Positions 53,021 through 64,000 of a DNA stretch of 64,000 nt are shown here, one piece after another. The DNA comes from Sphagnum compactum (lineage: Eukaryota). The first letter of the stretch is position 1, and each line of letters starts with the position of its first letter. Under the pieces are notes generated by a model. That model was not told where the DNA came from and ran no database searches. It was given only the letters and a program-made list of their open reading frames with translations. The stretch is taken from contig OZ234493.1 of assembly GCA_965153455.1 (NCBI GenBank), positions 28,014,213 to 28,078,212 on the forward strand, in the 5' to 3' direction. The position numbers and the translations under genes were made by a program.

Positions 53021-53840
53021 TGTCGCAACCCCACTTTGTCCAAGTGTGGGGGTGAAGCCCAACACTTGGAAAAGTTGGAGGTTTGGAGTCCTCCGGGACT
53101 CCCGAATGTTTAGAGCTCGACAGCAAGGGGCAAAACACCTCGCATTGGAGTGTTCTTGGTGTCATTGAAAAGGTCTTGAAACGTAGATATCGAAAATGGC
53201 CTCGCATTGGCCATTTCGACATCTGCAGCCCAAGTTATGGGCAAAAGAAGGGCCGGGAGTCAAACTGGCAATTTGACTCCTGACCACTAAAAGTCAGGAA
53301 TCGACCCTTTGCCGACGTCGCCTCAAGGAGTGCGACATGGCGTTGAAAAGATCTCGACAAGGGCTACAACTTTGGTTCAGACCTCGTTGCGATCGGACTT
53401 CGGAAACGGGAGTTATGACCGTTCAAAGTCCCGGGAGTCCCGCCGGGACAATTTCGGGACTCCATTTCGGGAGTCCCAACAAAATGTGCCATTTGGATGT
53501 AGCCTCCGTGGTGAGCCGCAGAGATAACTATAAGGGGGAAGGTGATGTCTTCCCCCAAGTCCGGGCCGTGGTGAGTCAAGTAGTCCGAAGTGCCCGTGGC
53601 TTGTCCCAACACCCAAGGGTGTTCCCGAATGTGAACTAACCCATTTGTGGTTGGTTTTGGATGCAGATTTGTGCTTGATCTACTAGTCCATCTTCCTAGT
53701 CTAATCCCGGGGCTTCCAACTCGACCCTCTACCCCTTTCTAGAGTTGGAAGTCGGGAGCGTGCCCTTGGGTCCCCACTTTCCGCAACTTCACATTGGTGA
53801 ACCCTCAAGTGGGTTCACCCCGGGACCAAGGAGCGCGTCA
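53021..53840 (+). repeat. 5' LTR (820 bp)
   Basis: TGTCGCAACC...GGAGCGCGTCA. About 20 substitutions relative to the 3' LTR by manual alignment, no indels. Confidence 0.96.
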
Positions 53841-53842
53841 CG

Positions 53843-53854
53843 TGGTATCAGAGC
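53843..53854 (+). other. Primer binding site complementary to tRNA-iMet 3' end
   Basis: TGGTATCAGAGC, 2 nt after the 5' LTR. Confidence 0.95.
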
Positions 53855-53883
53855 TCAAGGTGAAGCTCAACGACATTTTTGGG

Positions 53884-56800
53884 ATGGCACCCAAGAAGAA
53901 CCGGAAGCTAGCCCCAGAGCCTAGGTCCGAGGAGCCCGTCGATGACCTAGTAACCCCGCCCGAATCGATTGGGGAGGAACCAAACTTCCGGGAGGACCAA
54001 GATGAGCCCGAGGTTGAACCCGAGAGTGAGGAGGAACAACGGAGCTCGGTCCTATTCACCCCGGAGCAACTTGAAGTCCTCCTCAAGATGAATAGGCCCG
54101 ACTTTGGTGAGTTGGTGGCGGCCCTCAAAACGGGGGCCTCCAAAGGTGAAAGGTTTCAACCGGCCAAGCCCGGGAATTTCGATGGTGCCCGAGACCGTAA
54201 GGTGGTGGATGCTTGGCTTGCGGAAATGGATGATTATATCCATGCGACCAAGGTTGGACGGAATTCCGCCGTGGAGCTTGCCTAATCCTACTTGAAAGGC
54301 TATGCCGCCACATGGTGGCGGACGGTGAGACAAGAGGAGGGCAAGAACCATGGCTATATGTGGGAGTTTTTCAAGGATCGCATTGAGGCGGAGTTCATTC
54401 CGAGAAACTCTGATTACATTTCTAGGTGCAAACTCCGCGACCTTGTGAATGCCACCAATGAAAATTTGAGGCAATATGTGAGGGCCTATTCCGAACTCAT
54501 GTTGGAGATCCGGCACATGCACGAGTTGGATCGTGTGTGCCAATTCGTGATGGGACTTCCGACTTGGGCCAAGCGAAAGCTTGAGGAGAGTTGGCCCGCC
54601 TCCTTATCCGAGGCCATCACAAAAGTGGAGAATTTCTCGGATGTGGGGCGGAGCAACAAATCCGGGTTCAAGAAGGACAATAAGTTCTTTCACAAAAAGC
54701 CGAGGCATGAGGGGGAATGGAACCGGGGGCAAGGTAGCCCAACCAAGGATAAGCCAAAACAATTCCAAGGCTCGGGGTTCAAGCCAAAAGGTAGCTTGGT
54801 GAAAAAAGGGGCTCCTTTCAAAGGGAGCCAAACCAAGGGAGACTTTGGAGCAAAGCCCAAGGGTGCATGTTTCAATTGCAACGAGGTGGGGCATTACTCC
54901 AAAGATTGTCCCAAATCCAAAACGGGGGTTGGGAGCTCTAAGGTACTTGCTCTCAATGCCACTTTAGCCCAACCGGAATGCAATCGACTTATATTCTTGA
55001 AAGGGAAGATTGCTAAACGAGAAATCTTATGTCTTTTGGACACAGGGGCCTCCCACAACTTCATAACTCGGGAGAGCGCCGAAAGGATGGAGCTCCACTT
55101 GGAGGAGCTCAAGGCACCCATTGAGGTGCATTTCGCGGATGGGGTTCCCCATCCAACTACACTACAAGCAAAGGGAGTGCCTCTCCAATTGGGAAATTGG
55201 AGAGGAAAGGTGGACTTGTTGGTTTCCACCTTGGGTGGAATGGATTGCGTTCTCGGAATGGAGTTCATCACCCAAAACAATGTGCTCATAGAAGGGCACA
55301 ATAGGTTGATTAGAATCCCATCTAAAAGTGGGATTGTACGAGTTAAGGCACATGAGTTGCCTTGTGTGGGTGGTTCCACCATCCACTTCATGTTAGGAAA
55401 AGCTTGGGAAAGAGAATGCGTGGGGGGTTTCGGCATGATGTGTGTCATGCGGGTGTTGGACGAATATGAGCCCAAGGAAGCCACCAAGTTGGTGACTTCC
55501 GCCAAGTGCATAAAGCAAGCCTTACAAGAGTTCCCGGATGTGATGCCCGAAGAGTTGCCCGAAGACTTGCCCCCGAGAAGACGAGTTGATCATGCGATTG
55601 AAGTGATACCGGGAGTGGAACCGCCCGCCAAGGCCCCATATAAAATGAGCCACGAGGAGTTGAAGGAACTCAAGGTTCAACTTGAGGAACTCCTCGCGAA
55701 AGGTTACATCAAACCAAGCAAGTCACCATATGGGGCACCCGTCCTTTTTGTTCACAAGAAGGATGGGACTTTGAGGATGTGTGTGGATTATAGAGCACTC
55801 AATAAGGCAACGGTGAAAAACCGTTATCCTTTACCTCGCATCGATGATCTATTTGACCGTCTCTCGGGAGCCAAGGTTTTTAGTAGAATTGATCTACGTT
55901 CGGGATATTACCAAATAAGGATCGAGGAAGGGGACGAAGAAAAGACCGCTTGTCGCACAAGGTATGGGTCATACGAGTTCTTGGTGATGCCCTTTGGGCT
56001 CACCAATGCACCCGCAACATTTTGCACCCTCATGAATGACATTTTCCGCGAATGGCTTGATGATTTTGTGGTCGTCTACATAGACGACATTTTGATTTAT
56101 AGTAGCTCCATGGAGGAGCATGCGGAGCACCTTCGCAAGGTGTTCCAAAGGCTAAGGGAAAACAAGTTGTATGCCAAGCTCGAGAAGTGCGAATTTGGGG
56201 TGACGGAAGTGGATTTCCTTGGGCATAGGATAACTCAAGATGGTTTGATGATGGATGATCACAAGGTCAAGGCGATTTTGGATTGGGAGCCGCCTAACTC
56301 GGTTCCCGCCTTGAGATCCTTTTTAGGATTGGCCTCCTATTATCGCAAGTTCATAAAGAACTTTGCGAGAATAGCGGCCCCTTTGACAAACCTCTTGAAG
56401 AAGTCCGCCGTCACTTATGATTGGGATGAAGCATGCGACGAAGCCTTTGGAACGTTGAAGGGCATTTTGGTGAAGGCGCCGGTGTTGAAGTTGCCCGACT
56501 TTGACAAGGAGTTTGAAATCCATTCCGACGCCTCCGACTTTGCAATTGGGGGTGTCATAGTGCAAGATGGAAGACCGGTGGCCTTTGAAAGCAAGAAGTT
56601 GAGTGAGACGGAGCGAAGGTGGCCAACTCACGAGAAGGAAATGTGGGCGGTCATACATTGTCTCAAGACTTGGGGCCATTACATAGGCTCCAAAGATGTG
56701 GTGGTGTGGACCGACAATGTGACCTTGAAGTACTTCGCAACTCAACCCAAGTTGTCATCAAAACAACAAAGGTGGCAAGACACATTGGCCTTGTTCAATG

Positions 56801-58365
56801 TGGACATCCGGCACAAGCCGGGAAAGGAGAACATAGTCCCCGATGCTTTTAGCCGGAAACACCAACTTAGAGTGGTGTATGTGGGAGAGTCGGAACTTCA
56901 AAACGAAGTTAGATTAGCAAACCGCCGGGATGCTTTTGCCAAGGAGGTAAGGCAAAGCATCCAAAATGGAGCCAAGTCCCACTTCCACATGAAAAATGGA
57001 TTGTTGTGGTACAAGCAAAACCGACTCTATGTGCCGGAGGGGAAAATTAGGGACACACTTTTGAAGGAATGTCACGATGGACCGCTTGCGGGCCATGGTG
57101 GTGCAAAGCGCACCACAACATTCCTAAAAAAGTCCTACTATTGGCCCAACTTGAAGGATGATGCGGAGGAGTACGTGAAGACTTGTTTAACTTGTCAACA
57201 AAACCGGACCCTCAACAAGAACCAAGCGGGTTTGTTGCAACCTTTGCCAATTCCCGAAGGGCCGTGGGAAAGTGTGTCAATGGACTTTATGGTAAGTTTG
57301 CCCCCTTCGAAAGGGTTCGATGCCATCATGGTTGTGGTGGATCGATTTAGCAAAATGGCACACTTCATTCCCACAAAGGATGAAGCCACGGCTCAAGAGA
57401 CGGGGAGGTTGTTCTTCTCCCACATTTTCAAGCATCACGGCCTTCCAAAGGACATAGTGTCGGATCGGGATCCAAAGTTCACGAGTAAGTTTTGGAGGGC
57501 TTTGTGGAAGCGAATGGGGTCGGAACTCAAAATGAGCACTTCATTCCGCCCTCAAACCGATGGACAAACCGAGAGGGTGAACTTGGTGATCCAACAATTC
57601 CTAAGGAATTATGTGGCGGCGGATCAACAAGATTGGGTGGATCATTTGGAGTTAGCCGAGTTTTGTTACAATAACTCGGTACATTCCGCAACGGGATCCA
57701 CCCCATTCCAAATGGTGACGGGCAAGTCACCAATTGTGCCCATGACTTGGGCCGCACAAGGACAACCTTCGATTGATGCAAGTGAGGAAGTGCCAATGGT
57801 CACACAACTTGATCAAGAAAGAAAGCGCTTGTGGGAGTTGGCAAAAGCCAACTTGGAAAAGGCGCACAAAAGGTACAAAGATTTTGCGGACAAGTCCCGA
57901 CGAGAGGTGAAGTTTCAAGAAGGAGACGAGGTGTGGTTGAATATAAAGAACTTCCGGTTGCCCGAAGGGTTAAGTCATAAGTTTATAGGCCCATATGCGG
58001 GTCCATTCAAAGTGTTGGAAAAGAAACTTTCCGACACTTATAAGTTAGAATTACCGGAAAATCTTAGAGTTCATCCCACATTTCATGTTTCCCTTTTGAA
58101 GCCGGTCTCCCGCGACGCCTCAAGGCCTAATAGAGAGCATCACTCAAGGCCTCCACCGAACTTGGTTCATAATGAACCCGAGTTTGAGGTAGAGGCCGTG
58201 CTCAAATCAAGGCAACTTAGAGGGCGAGAGCGGGAATATTTCGTTAAGTGGAAAGGCTACCATGCAATAGAGGCTTCTTGGGTGAATGAATCCGACATGG
58301 AACATGCCCAAGAAGCCATAGAAGAATTCCACACTAGACCGGCGAAGAAAAGACGTAGAACGTGA
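53884..58365 (+). pseudogene. gag-pol polyprotein, single frame with one premature stop (TAA 54283-54285)
   Basis: MAPKKNRK...[18 protein letters not shown] knuckle [14 protein letters not shown], protease [18 protein letters not shown], RNase H DASDFAIG, integrase H..H..C..C and SMDF/SDRD/QTERVN, chromodomain FEVEAVL...YFVKWKGY...SWV. Confidence 0.95.
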
Positions 58366-59137
58366 TGAGGACATCACCTTTCTTTTAGAGGGGGAGAATT
58401 TCATAAAATGTACCACATCAAGTTGCAAGTGAAATAAAAAGGGCTTTAAAACTTCCAAGAGATTGTATCATGAAAAATTTGTTAGGGCTTCGTCAAATAG
58501 GGTTGTGGCATGGACAAATAGAACTCTCTTGCGTAGGCCCAAATCAAAATCGGACTCCTACTATGGGGTTGAGGAAACTTGGCCCCAAAAGAGGAGGCAA
58601 GCAAGGTGAGCTTGCGGGGACATGCACATGCCTTAAGTGCATCCCAAAGGGTTGGTTGGTAGTGTGGCCAACGCGGGAAGTCATGACCCCGCTCGCATAC
58701 TTTAAGTGTAGTTTGGGACTTGGGTTTGGCAAACCTAAATATCCTTTCTCGTACCTTGATAAGCAAATCTTTTAGTGAAGACTTGGTTGTTGTGACCAAG
58801 GCGCGAGATAGGGAAAGGAGTCATGTCAAGTAGCTTAGGTCAAGAGTAGACTTGACTTAAGTCCTCATGAAGGGAAGGATGGAAAAAGGTTCCTCCCAAA
58901 TGAGGGCTTCGTCAATTAGGCTAGTTTAGTCTTTTGACGAAGCAAAGAAAGAGGGTTCCCTACAAGACCCTTTTGGACTTGTCAAGAAAGTGTTGGAAAC
59001 TTGGGGACGCCTAAGTTAGCTTGAGACAAGGTCCGAGCCGCAAGAGTCGGCAAATGGCCAAGGATCCAAAAGAAAGCAATTGCAATTGTATGAAGGAAAA
59101 TTCTAAGTGTCAATGAGGACATTGACCTCTTTCTTCT

Positions 59138-59149
59138 AGTGGGGGGGAG
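59138..59149 (+). other. Polypurine tract
   Basis: AGTGGGGGGGAG immediately before the TG of the 3' LTR. Confidence 0.9.
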
Positions 59150-59969
59150 TGTCGCAACCCCACTTTGTCCAAGTGTGGGGGTGAAGCCCAACACTTGGAA
59201 AAGTTGGAGGTTTGGAGTCCTCCGGGACTCCTGAATGTTCAGAGCTCGACAGCAAGGGGCAAAACACCTCGCATTGGAGTGTTCTTGGTGTCATTGAAAA
59301 GGTCTTGAAACGTAGATATCGAAAATGGCCTCGCATTGACCATTTGGACATCTGCAGCCCAAGTTATGGGCAAAAGAAGGGCCGGGAGTCAAACTGGCAG
59401 TTTGACTCCCGACCACTAAAAGTCGGGAATCGACCCTTTGCCGACGTCGCCTCAGCAAGTGCGACATGGCGTTGGAAAGATCTCGACGAGGGCTACAACT
59501 TTGGTTTAGACCTTGTTGCGATTAGACTTCGGAATCGGGAGTTATGACCGTTCAAAGTCCCGGGAGTCCCGCCGGGACAATTTCGGGACTCCATTTCGGG
59601 AGTCCCAACAAAATGTGCCATTTGGATGTAGCCTCCGTGGTGAGCCGCAGAGATAACTATAAGGGGGAAGGTGGTGGCTTCCCCCAAGTCCGGGCCGTGG
59701 TGAGTCAAGTAGTCCGAAGTGCCCGTGGCTTGTCCCAACACCCAAGGGTGTTCCCGAATGTGAACTAACCCATTTGCGGTTGGTTTTGGATGCAGATTTG
59801 TGCTTGATCTACTAGTCCATCTTCCTAGTCTAATCCCGGGGCTTCCAACTCGACCCTCTACCCCTTTCTAGAGTTGGAAGTCGGGAGCGTGCCCTTGGGT
59901 CCCCACTTTCCGCAACTTCACATTGGTGAACCCTCAAGTGGGTTCACCCCGGGACCAAGGAGCGCGTCA
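59150..59969 (+). repeat. 3' LTR (820 bp)
   Basis: TGTCGCAACC...GGAGCGCGTCA. Confidence 0.96.
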
Positions 59970-62900
59970 CTTGGAGTCCCACGTGCCCACCGGGAGCCCT
60001 CTGTTGAGGGTCAGCCAGATGAGGGCTCCCACTTTGCGTGGACGGGCGTTGTGCCAGATCCTAGCAATGATCTGAGTGGTCGTGGAGTTCCGGAGGCTCA
60101 GCCTTTGGATGAATTCGACAATTTCGGGGGGGCGGTGAGGTTTTCTTGCGTTTTGGTAGCCCTTCTTGGATGAGTAACCGAAGAAAGGAGCGTCTCCCAT
60201 GTTGCGCGGTTGCTGCCAGTGCTAGTCTCCCGGGTCCCATTGGAGGTCGGAGATAAATCCGGATCCAAGAATCCAGTAAAGGAGGGTTTCTTACCTGGGG
60301 GGGGGAGGTCCTTTGCCAGTCTGAGGGTTGTACGGTGGTTGTCCTGAGCGAGTACCCTGACAGGTTCGTACCCCTCCAAGGGGATGGTGATGGTGCAGGA
60401 TCCGGTGGTTGGGATGCGGCCCGTGTGGGAGGTTCTCCTGAATTCTGACACGTTGGCGGTGTTTTGGGTTGTCCCCACGACTTGGTAGACCCATTCCGGT
60501 GGGCCGATTTGCCCGGGTTCCTTCTTGCTAATCCATTCTCCTGCTGAGGGGACGTTGTTGGAGGTAGCCGGGTCCCATGGTATGCTCGCAATTATGAGGT
60601 CTCTATTCCGCCTGTTGCTTGGGTGGAAGTTGACCCCTAGGGCGGGGAGGCCTTTCCACTCCTTTTCCTCAAAGTCCCAAAAATCCCTGACTCTTGAGTA
60701 TCCGGCGTTCGCAAGGGAGTTCCCTTCGCTCTTGCCGCTGAGACCCAGGGGCTTGCCTTCTTGATTCACAATAAGAGGGTTCCCAAAGACCTGTTGTCTG
60801 AGGGTCTCAGCTGAGTTGGTTGGTTCTGATTTTCAGAGCCCCGGCCTCACACTCATCCAAGCGTGGAGGATGCTCTTCCACAGGGAGGTGGGAGGTCTTT
60901 TGAGTTTTGTGGCAGCAAACATCCAGTTGATGTCCTGCGTGGAGGGGCCCAGGCCGTGGACCGGGAGTCTTACTTGATTGGCCCTGTGTCTCAGAAGCTC
61001 TTTCCATGGCTCTCCACCTGGCTCTAGGCCCCTAATGAAGAGTTTTGCTAAGAGAGCTTCGGACTGGACCTTTGGGTCGATGATTCCCAGTCCTCCCTGG
61101 TCAGTGGGAAGGACCAAGGTTTCCCATTTGACTTTAGCCCTGGCGTTGGAAGCTTTCCCGCTCCAGATAAAATTCCTCACGATCCCTCAAATCTGGCTGC
61201 ACATGGCCGGGTTCGGGTTCCAGGGCGCCGCCATGTACCACATGGAGGCAAGAAGGACTTGATTCGCTACGAGTATTCTCCCTGCCAGGGAGAGTCGACA
61301 GGTGCTCCAACTGATTAGTTTGCCCTTGAAGGCCATGACCATTTTGCTAAAGTTGGCTTCGGGGGGGAGGTGGAATCCGACTTGGATTCCCAGGTACCTC
61401 ACCCCTTTGCCTTCCGGGACCCACTGGAGGCCCACTTCCTGGCCCCACTCCCAATCTTTTTCCCTTTTGCTGGCCCAGATCGCAGCTATTTTATTCCAAT
61501 TGACTTTCGCTCCGGAAGCTTTGTAGAATATATCTAGGACCCTCTGGGTTCTTTCCATATTTTCGCGCGTGCCTTGGAGGTAGAGCGCTGTGTCATCGGC
61601 GAAAGTTTGGTCCCTGATCTTCCTTCCTCCCGGGAGGGTCAGGCCTTCTACACCAAAGCGGGGGTCGTCCAACATATGCCCTAGGACGTCCGTCGCCAGG
61701 ATGAAGAGGTATGGTGAGAGGGGGCAACCTTGCCTCACCGATCTGGTGAGAGGGAAGGCGCTCCCCTCTACTCCATTTAGCTTGATGGTTGACGAGGCCG
61801 AGGTGTAGAGGGAGCTCACCCAACGGATCCATTTCGGGCAGAAGCCGAGCTTTGCCAGAGCTTCAAAGAGGAAGCTCCACTCGATTCTGTCAAAGGCCTT
61901 TTCGAAGTCTAGAAGCAAGAGAACTAAGTCCTGATTGCTTTCTTCAGCCCATTTTTGGGCTTCTTGTGCCAGAAAGGTGTTATCGAGAATGCTCCGACCC
62001 TCGACAAAACCCGTCTGGCTGGGTCTGATCACATTCGGGAGGAGGTCCTGTAGTCTCCTGGCCAATGTTTTGGCGAGGATTTTGTATAGACTCCCCAAAA
62101 GCGTGATCGGTCGCCAGTTTCCTATCTTGGCATGGTCTCCGGATTTGGGGATCAGCGTAATGAGACCTTTGTTGGTCCATCCTGATGTCTCCCCTCTTCT
62201 GAGCATTGCCGAGAGAGCCTGAAGCAGGGTCGGGGAGATCTCTTCTATTAGCTCCTGAAAAAATTCCGTCGGGATGCCATCGCATCCCGGCGCTTTTTCC
62301 TTCGGCATTGCCGCGATGGCCTCCTTGATTTCCTTCAGTGTGAGTTCCTTTATTAGCTCGTCATTTGCCACGTTGGAGACCCGGGTCGGGGTGCTATTCC
62401 AGCATACCTCCCGGGCTTCCGATGTGCCGGGCGCACTGGCCTCTGAGGTGTACAGGTGCGCGTAGAAAGACCGGACGTAGTGGGCCAAGTCCTCCTGTCC
62501 CGTGATGTCCCCCCCCTCAGTTTTGAGCTCTTTGAGAGGCGTACGCTTTCTCCCGATTCGGTGGAAGTCGAAGAAAAGTTTTGAACACGTGTCCCCATAC
62601 CTGAACCAGGAGGCCGAGTTGAGCTGGTGGTTCCTTGCGACCTTTTCTTGGAGTGTGTCGGCCAGGTGGCCTTGGGCCACTAAGAGGATTTCCCTAGCTG
62701 GCTCGTCTTCGGGGTCTCTCTGCAGTTGGACCTCCGCCAACCTGATTTTTTGTTGGAGGTTTCTGACTCTGGCCCCCTTCGCTTTCTTTTTTTCGCGCGC
62801 GATTTTGATGTTGCATTGGAGCACCCTGCCTGAGGCCGCCTCCAGCCAGGCTGGCCAGTCCGCGTCCTGACTGGGCGTGGGCTGTATACCTGTCCACGCA

Positions 62901-63766
62901 TCGAGGAGGGCTGACCTGCTCTCTTCCTCTTTCAGGAGGGCTGTGTCGAAGTAGATGGCAGGTACGGGCGGGGCGGAGGTGCATCCCCAGATGGTGAGCA
63001 CGAGGGGTGAGTGGTCGGAGATCCTCCGGATTGAGGGGGCGGCTTCTATTCTCCCCCCTCTTGCATCCAGCTCTTGAGAGACAAGGAACTTGTCAATTCT
63101 GGAGACGGCCGACCCCTGGCCCTTTCTCCCATTATCAAAAGTAAAATCCTTCTTGGACATCTTCCTGAAGCTATCAAGGATCCAAGCATCGGTGAGTCCG
63201 TACTGGAGAGTCATTTGATGCCAGGCAGCTGATTCTCTCCTGTGCATTCCCCTTTGTCCGGCCGTGCCTCTGGTTCCCATTTCTTCGAAGTGGTTGAAGT
63301 CCCCTCCAATTATGGTGTGGTCGGCTGTGAAGTTGGCCTCGCTAATCTTCCTCCACAAGGGGGCCCTGCTTCTGGACGTTTTTGAAGCGTAAGTGTTTAC
63401 GATAGTTAGCTCTGAGTTGTCCGGGAGGTGGAGGGTTACGCATTGGACCCTTCCCTCTATTAGAATTTTGTCCTCCTTGACTAGTGGGGCCGTCATTCTG
63501 TCCACCAGGATGGCGGTCCCTGCGCTGGTTCGCTGAGAAGATCCCATTGGGATTCCGGGGTTCCCGAATGACCTTCCTTGCCAGAAGTCAAGACCCCTTG
63601 TCGAGTTGGCCGTTCCCTGTTCGTCCAGGTGGTGCTCTTGTATGAGCAGAATCTGGGGCGGATTCTGGAGGGAGGCCAGCCAGGTCCTGATGAGCTTTTG
63701 CTTGTTTGAATCCTTCCCCAATCCCCTCACGTTGAGGGAGACAATTGTTATAGGTCGTTCAGACAT
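59970..63766 (-). pseudogene. LINE ORF2 (APE endonuclease, reverse transcriptase, C-terminal region), disrupted
   Basis: MSERPITIVSLNVRG, QEHH, GGDFN, SRIDKF, SDHSP (APE). NWRPITLL, LLLDFEKAFD, RQGCPLSP, FADD, RYLG (RT). In-frame stops at 61187-61189, 60833-60835 and 60222-60224, frameshift near 60285. Cut by the gypsy LTR after NRGLPVGTW. Confidence 0.93.
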
Positions 63767-63998
63767 GGTCTGAGTGCGTTTGGGCGGCCGATTGGCCGAT
63801 CGATCCCGTGTGGTCAAAACGAACGACCTCTTGGTCTCCTTGATCGGTGTCCTCTCCTGATTGTGAGGCCTGGAACAGGTCCGATGGGTTTGAGGGAACA
63901 AAGGTCGAGAGGTCGAGCTTTACATACCTCCTCTTTTTTCTAGTCGCTTGAGGGGATGCCAGCAGACTTGCAGACGTGCTTTTGCGCGTCTGGCGGTC
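63759..63998 (-). CDS. C-terminal 79 aa of probable LINE ORF1 (partial)
   Basis: Open frame from the window edge: DRQTRKSTSASLLASPQATRKKRRYVKLDL...HSDHV*. Its TGA overlaps the ORF2 start (ATGTCTGA). Confidence 0.6.
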   Translation of the reverse strand, partial: DRQTRKSTSASLLASPQATRKKRRYVKLDLSTFVPSNPSDLFQASQSGEDTDQGDQEVVRFDHTGSIGQSAAQTHSDHV

Positions 63999-64000
63999 TG

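Larger units (their letters stand above)
53021..59969 (+). mobile_element. Full-length Ty3/gypsy chromovirus (Tcn1-like) LTR retrotransposon, 6.95 kb
   Basis: Two 820-bp TG...CA LTRs, PBS, PPT, and gag-PR-RT-RH-IN-chromodomain order. Flanks AGGAC / CTTGG do not form a TSD. Confidence 0.97.
59970..64000 (-). mobile_element. L1/Tx1-type non-LTR retrotransposon body (continues beyond the window)
   Basis: GC-rich block with ORF1 tail and ORF2 (APE endonuclease + RT). Confidence 0.95.

Noticed and set aside
52547-53639. Small ORFs within LTRs (also 29849-30589 and 59136-59768)
   Set aside because: Incidental frames in GC-rich LTR sequence, broken differently between LTR copies.
54283-54285. Programmed stop-codon readthrough between the 163-aa and 1357-aa gypsy ORFs
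   Set aside because: The TAA lies inside the gag domain (ELA*SYLKG), not at a gag/pol boundary, and lacks a CARYYA context. A CAA>TAA transition is the simpler explanation.

Overview
Eukaryotic land-plant nuclear DNA. Intron style and repeat families suggest a moss, probably Sphagnum (inference). Five intact spliced genes can be built exon by exon: a cystinosin-type PQ-loop transporter (+, 8 exons), a U-box/ARM E3 ligase (+, 2 exons), a CBM20 starch-binding protein with a putative plastid transit peptide (-, 4-5 exons), a DUF3128/Emi1-like small protein (-, 3 exons) and CKS1 (-, 3 exons). There is also an intron-containing elongator tRNA-Met(CAT) and two pseudogenes not evident from the ORF track alone (an RMA/RNF185-like RING ligase and a kinesin-light-chain-related TPR fragment). 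The rest is transposon-derived: CACTA elements (including a 140-bp fully palindromic one), hAT and MULE/SWIM relics, a solo LTR, and a four-level nest at the right end (MULE < LTR < L1-type LINE < Ty3/gypsy chromovirus). The most unusual signals are: (i) a LINE family with no poly(A) tail that ends at the same base in two diverged copies, in a compact predicted three-way junction capped by a GNRA tetraloop; (ii) a chromovirus with no TSD, a mosaic 5' LTR and an apparent deletion of the host LINE at the junction; (iii) a solo LTR with a clipped end flanked by a 94-bp duplication instead of a 5-bp TSD; (iv) a duplicated PPT module in the chromovirus 3' region. Family assignments are from motif recognition, not database searches.
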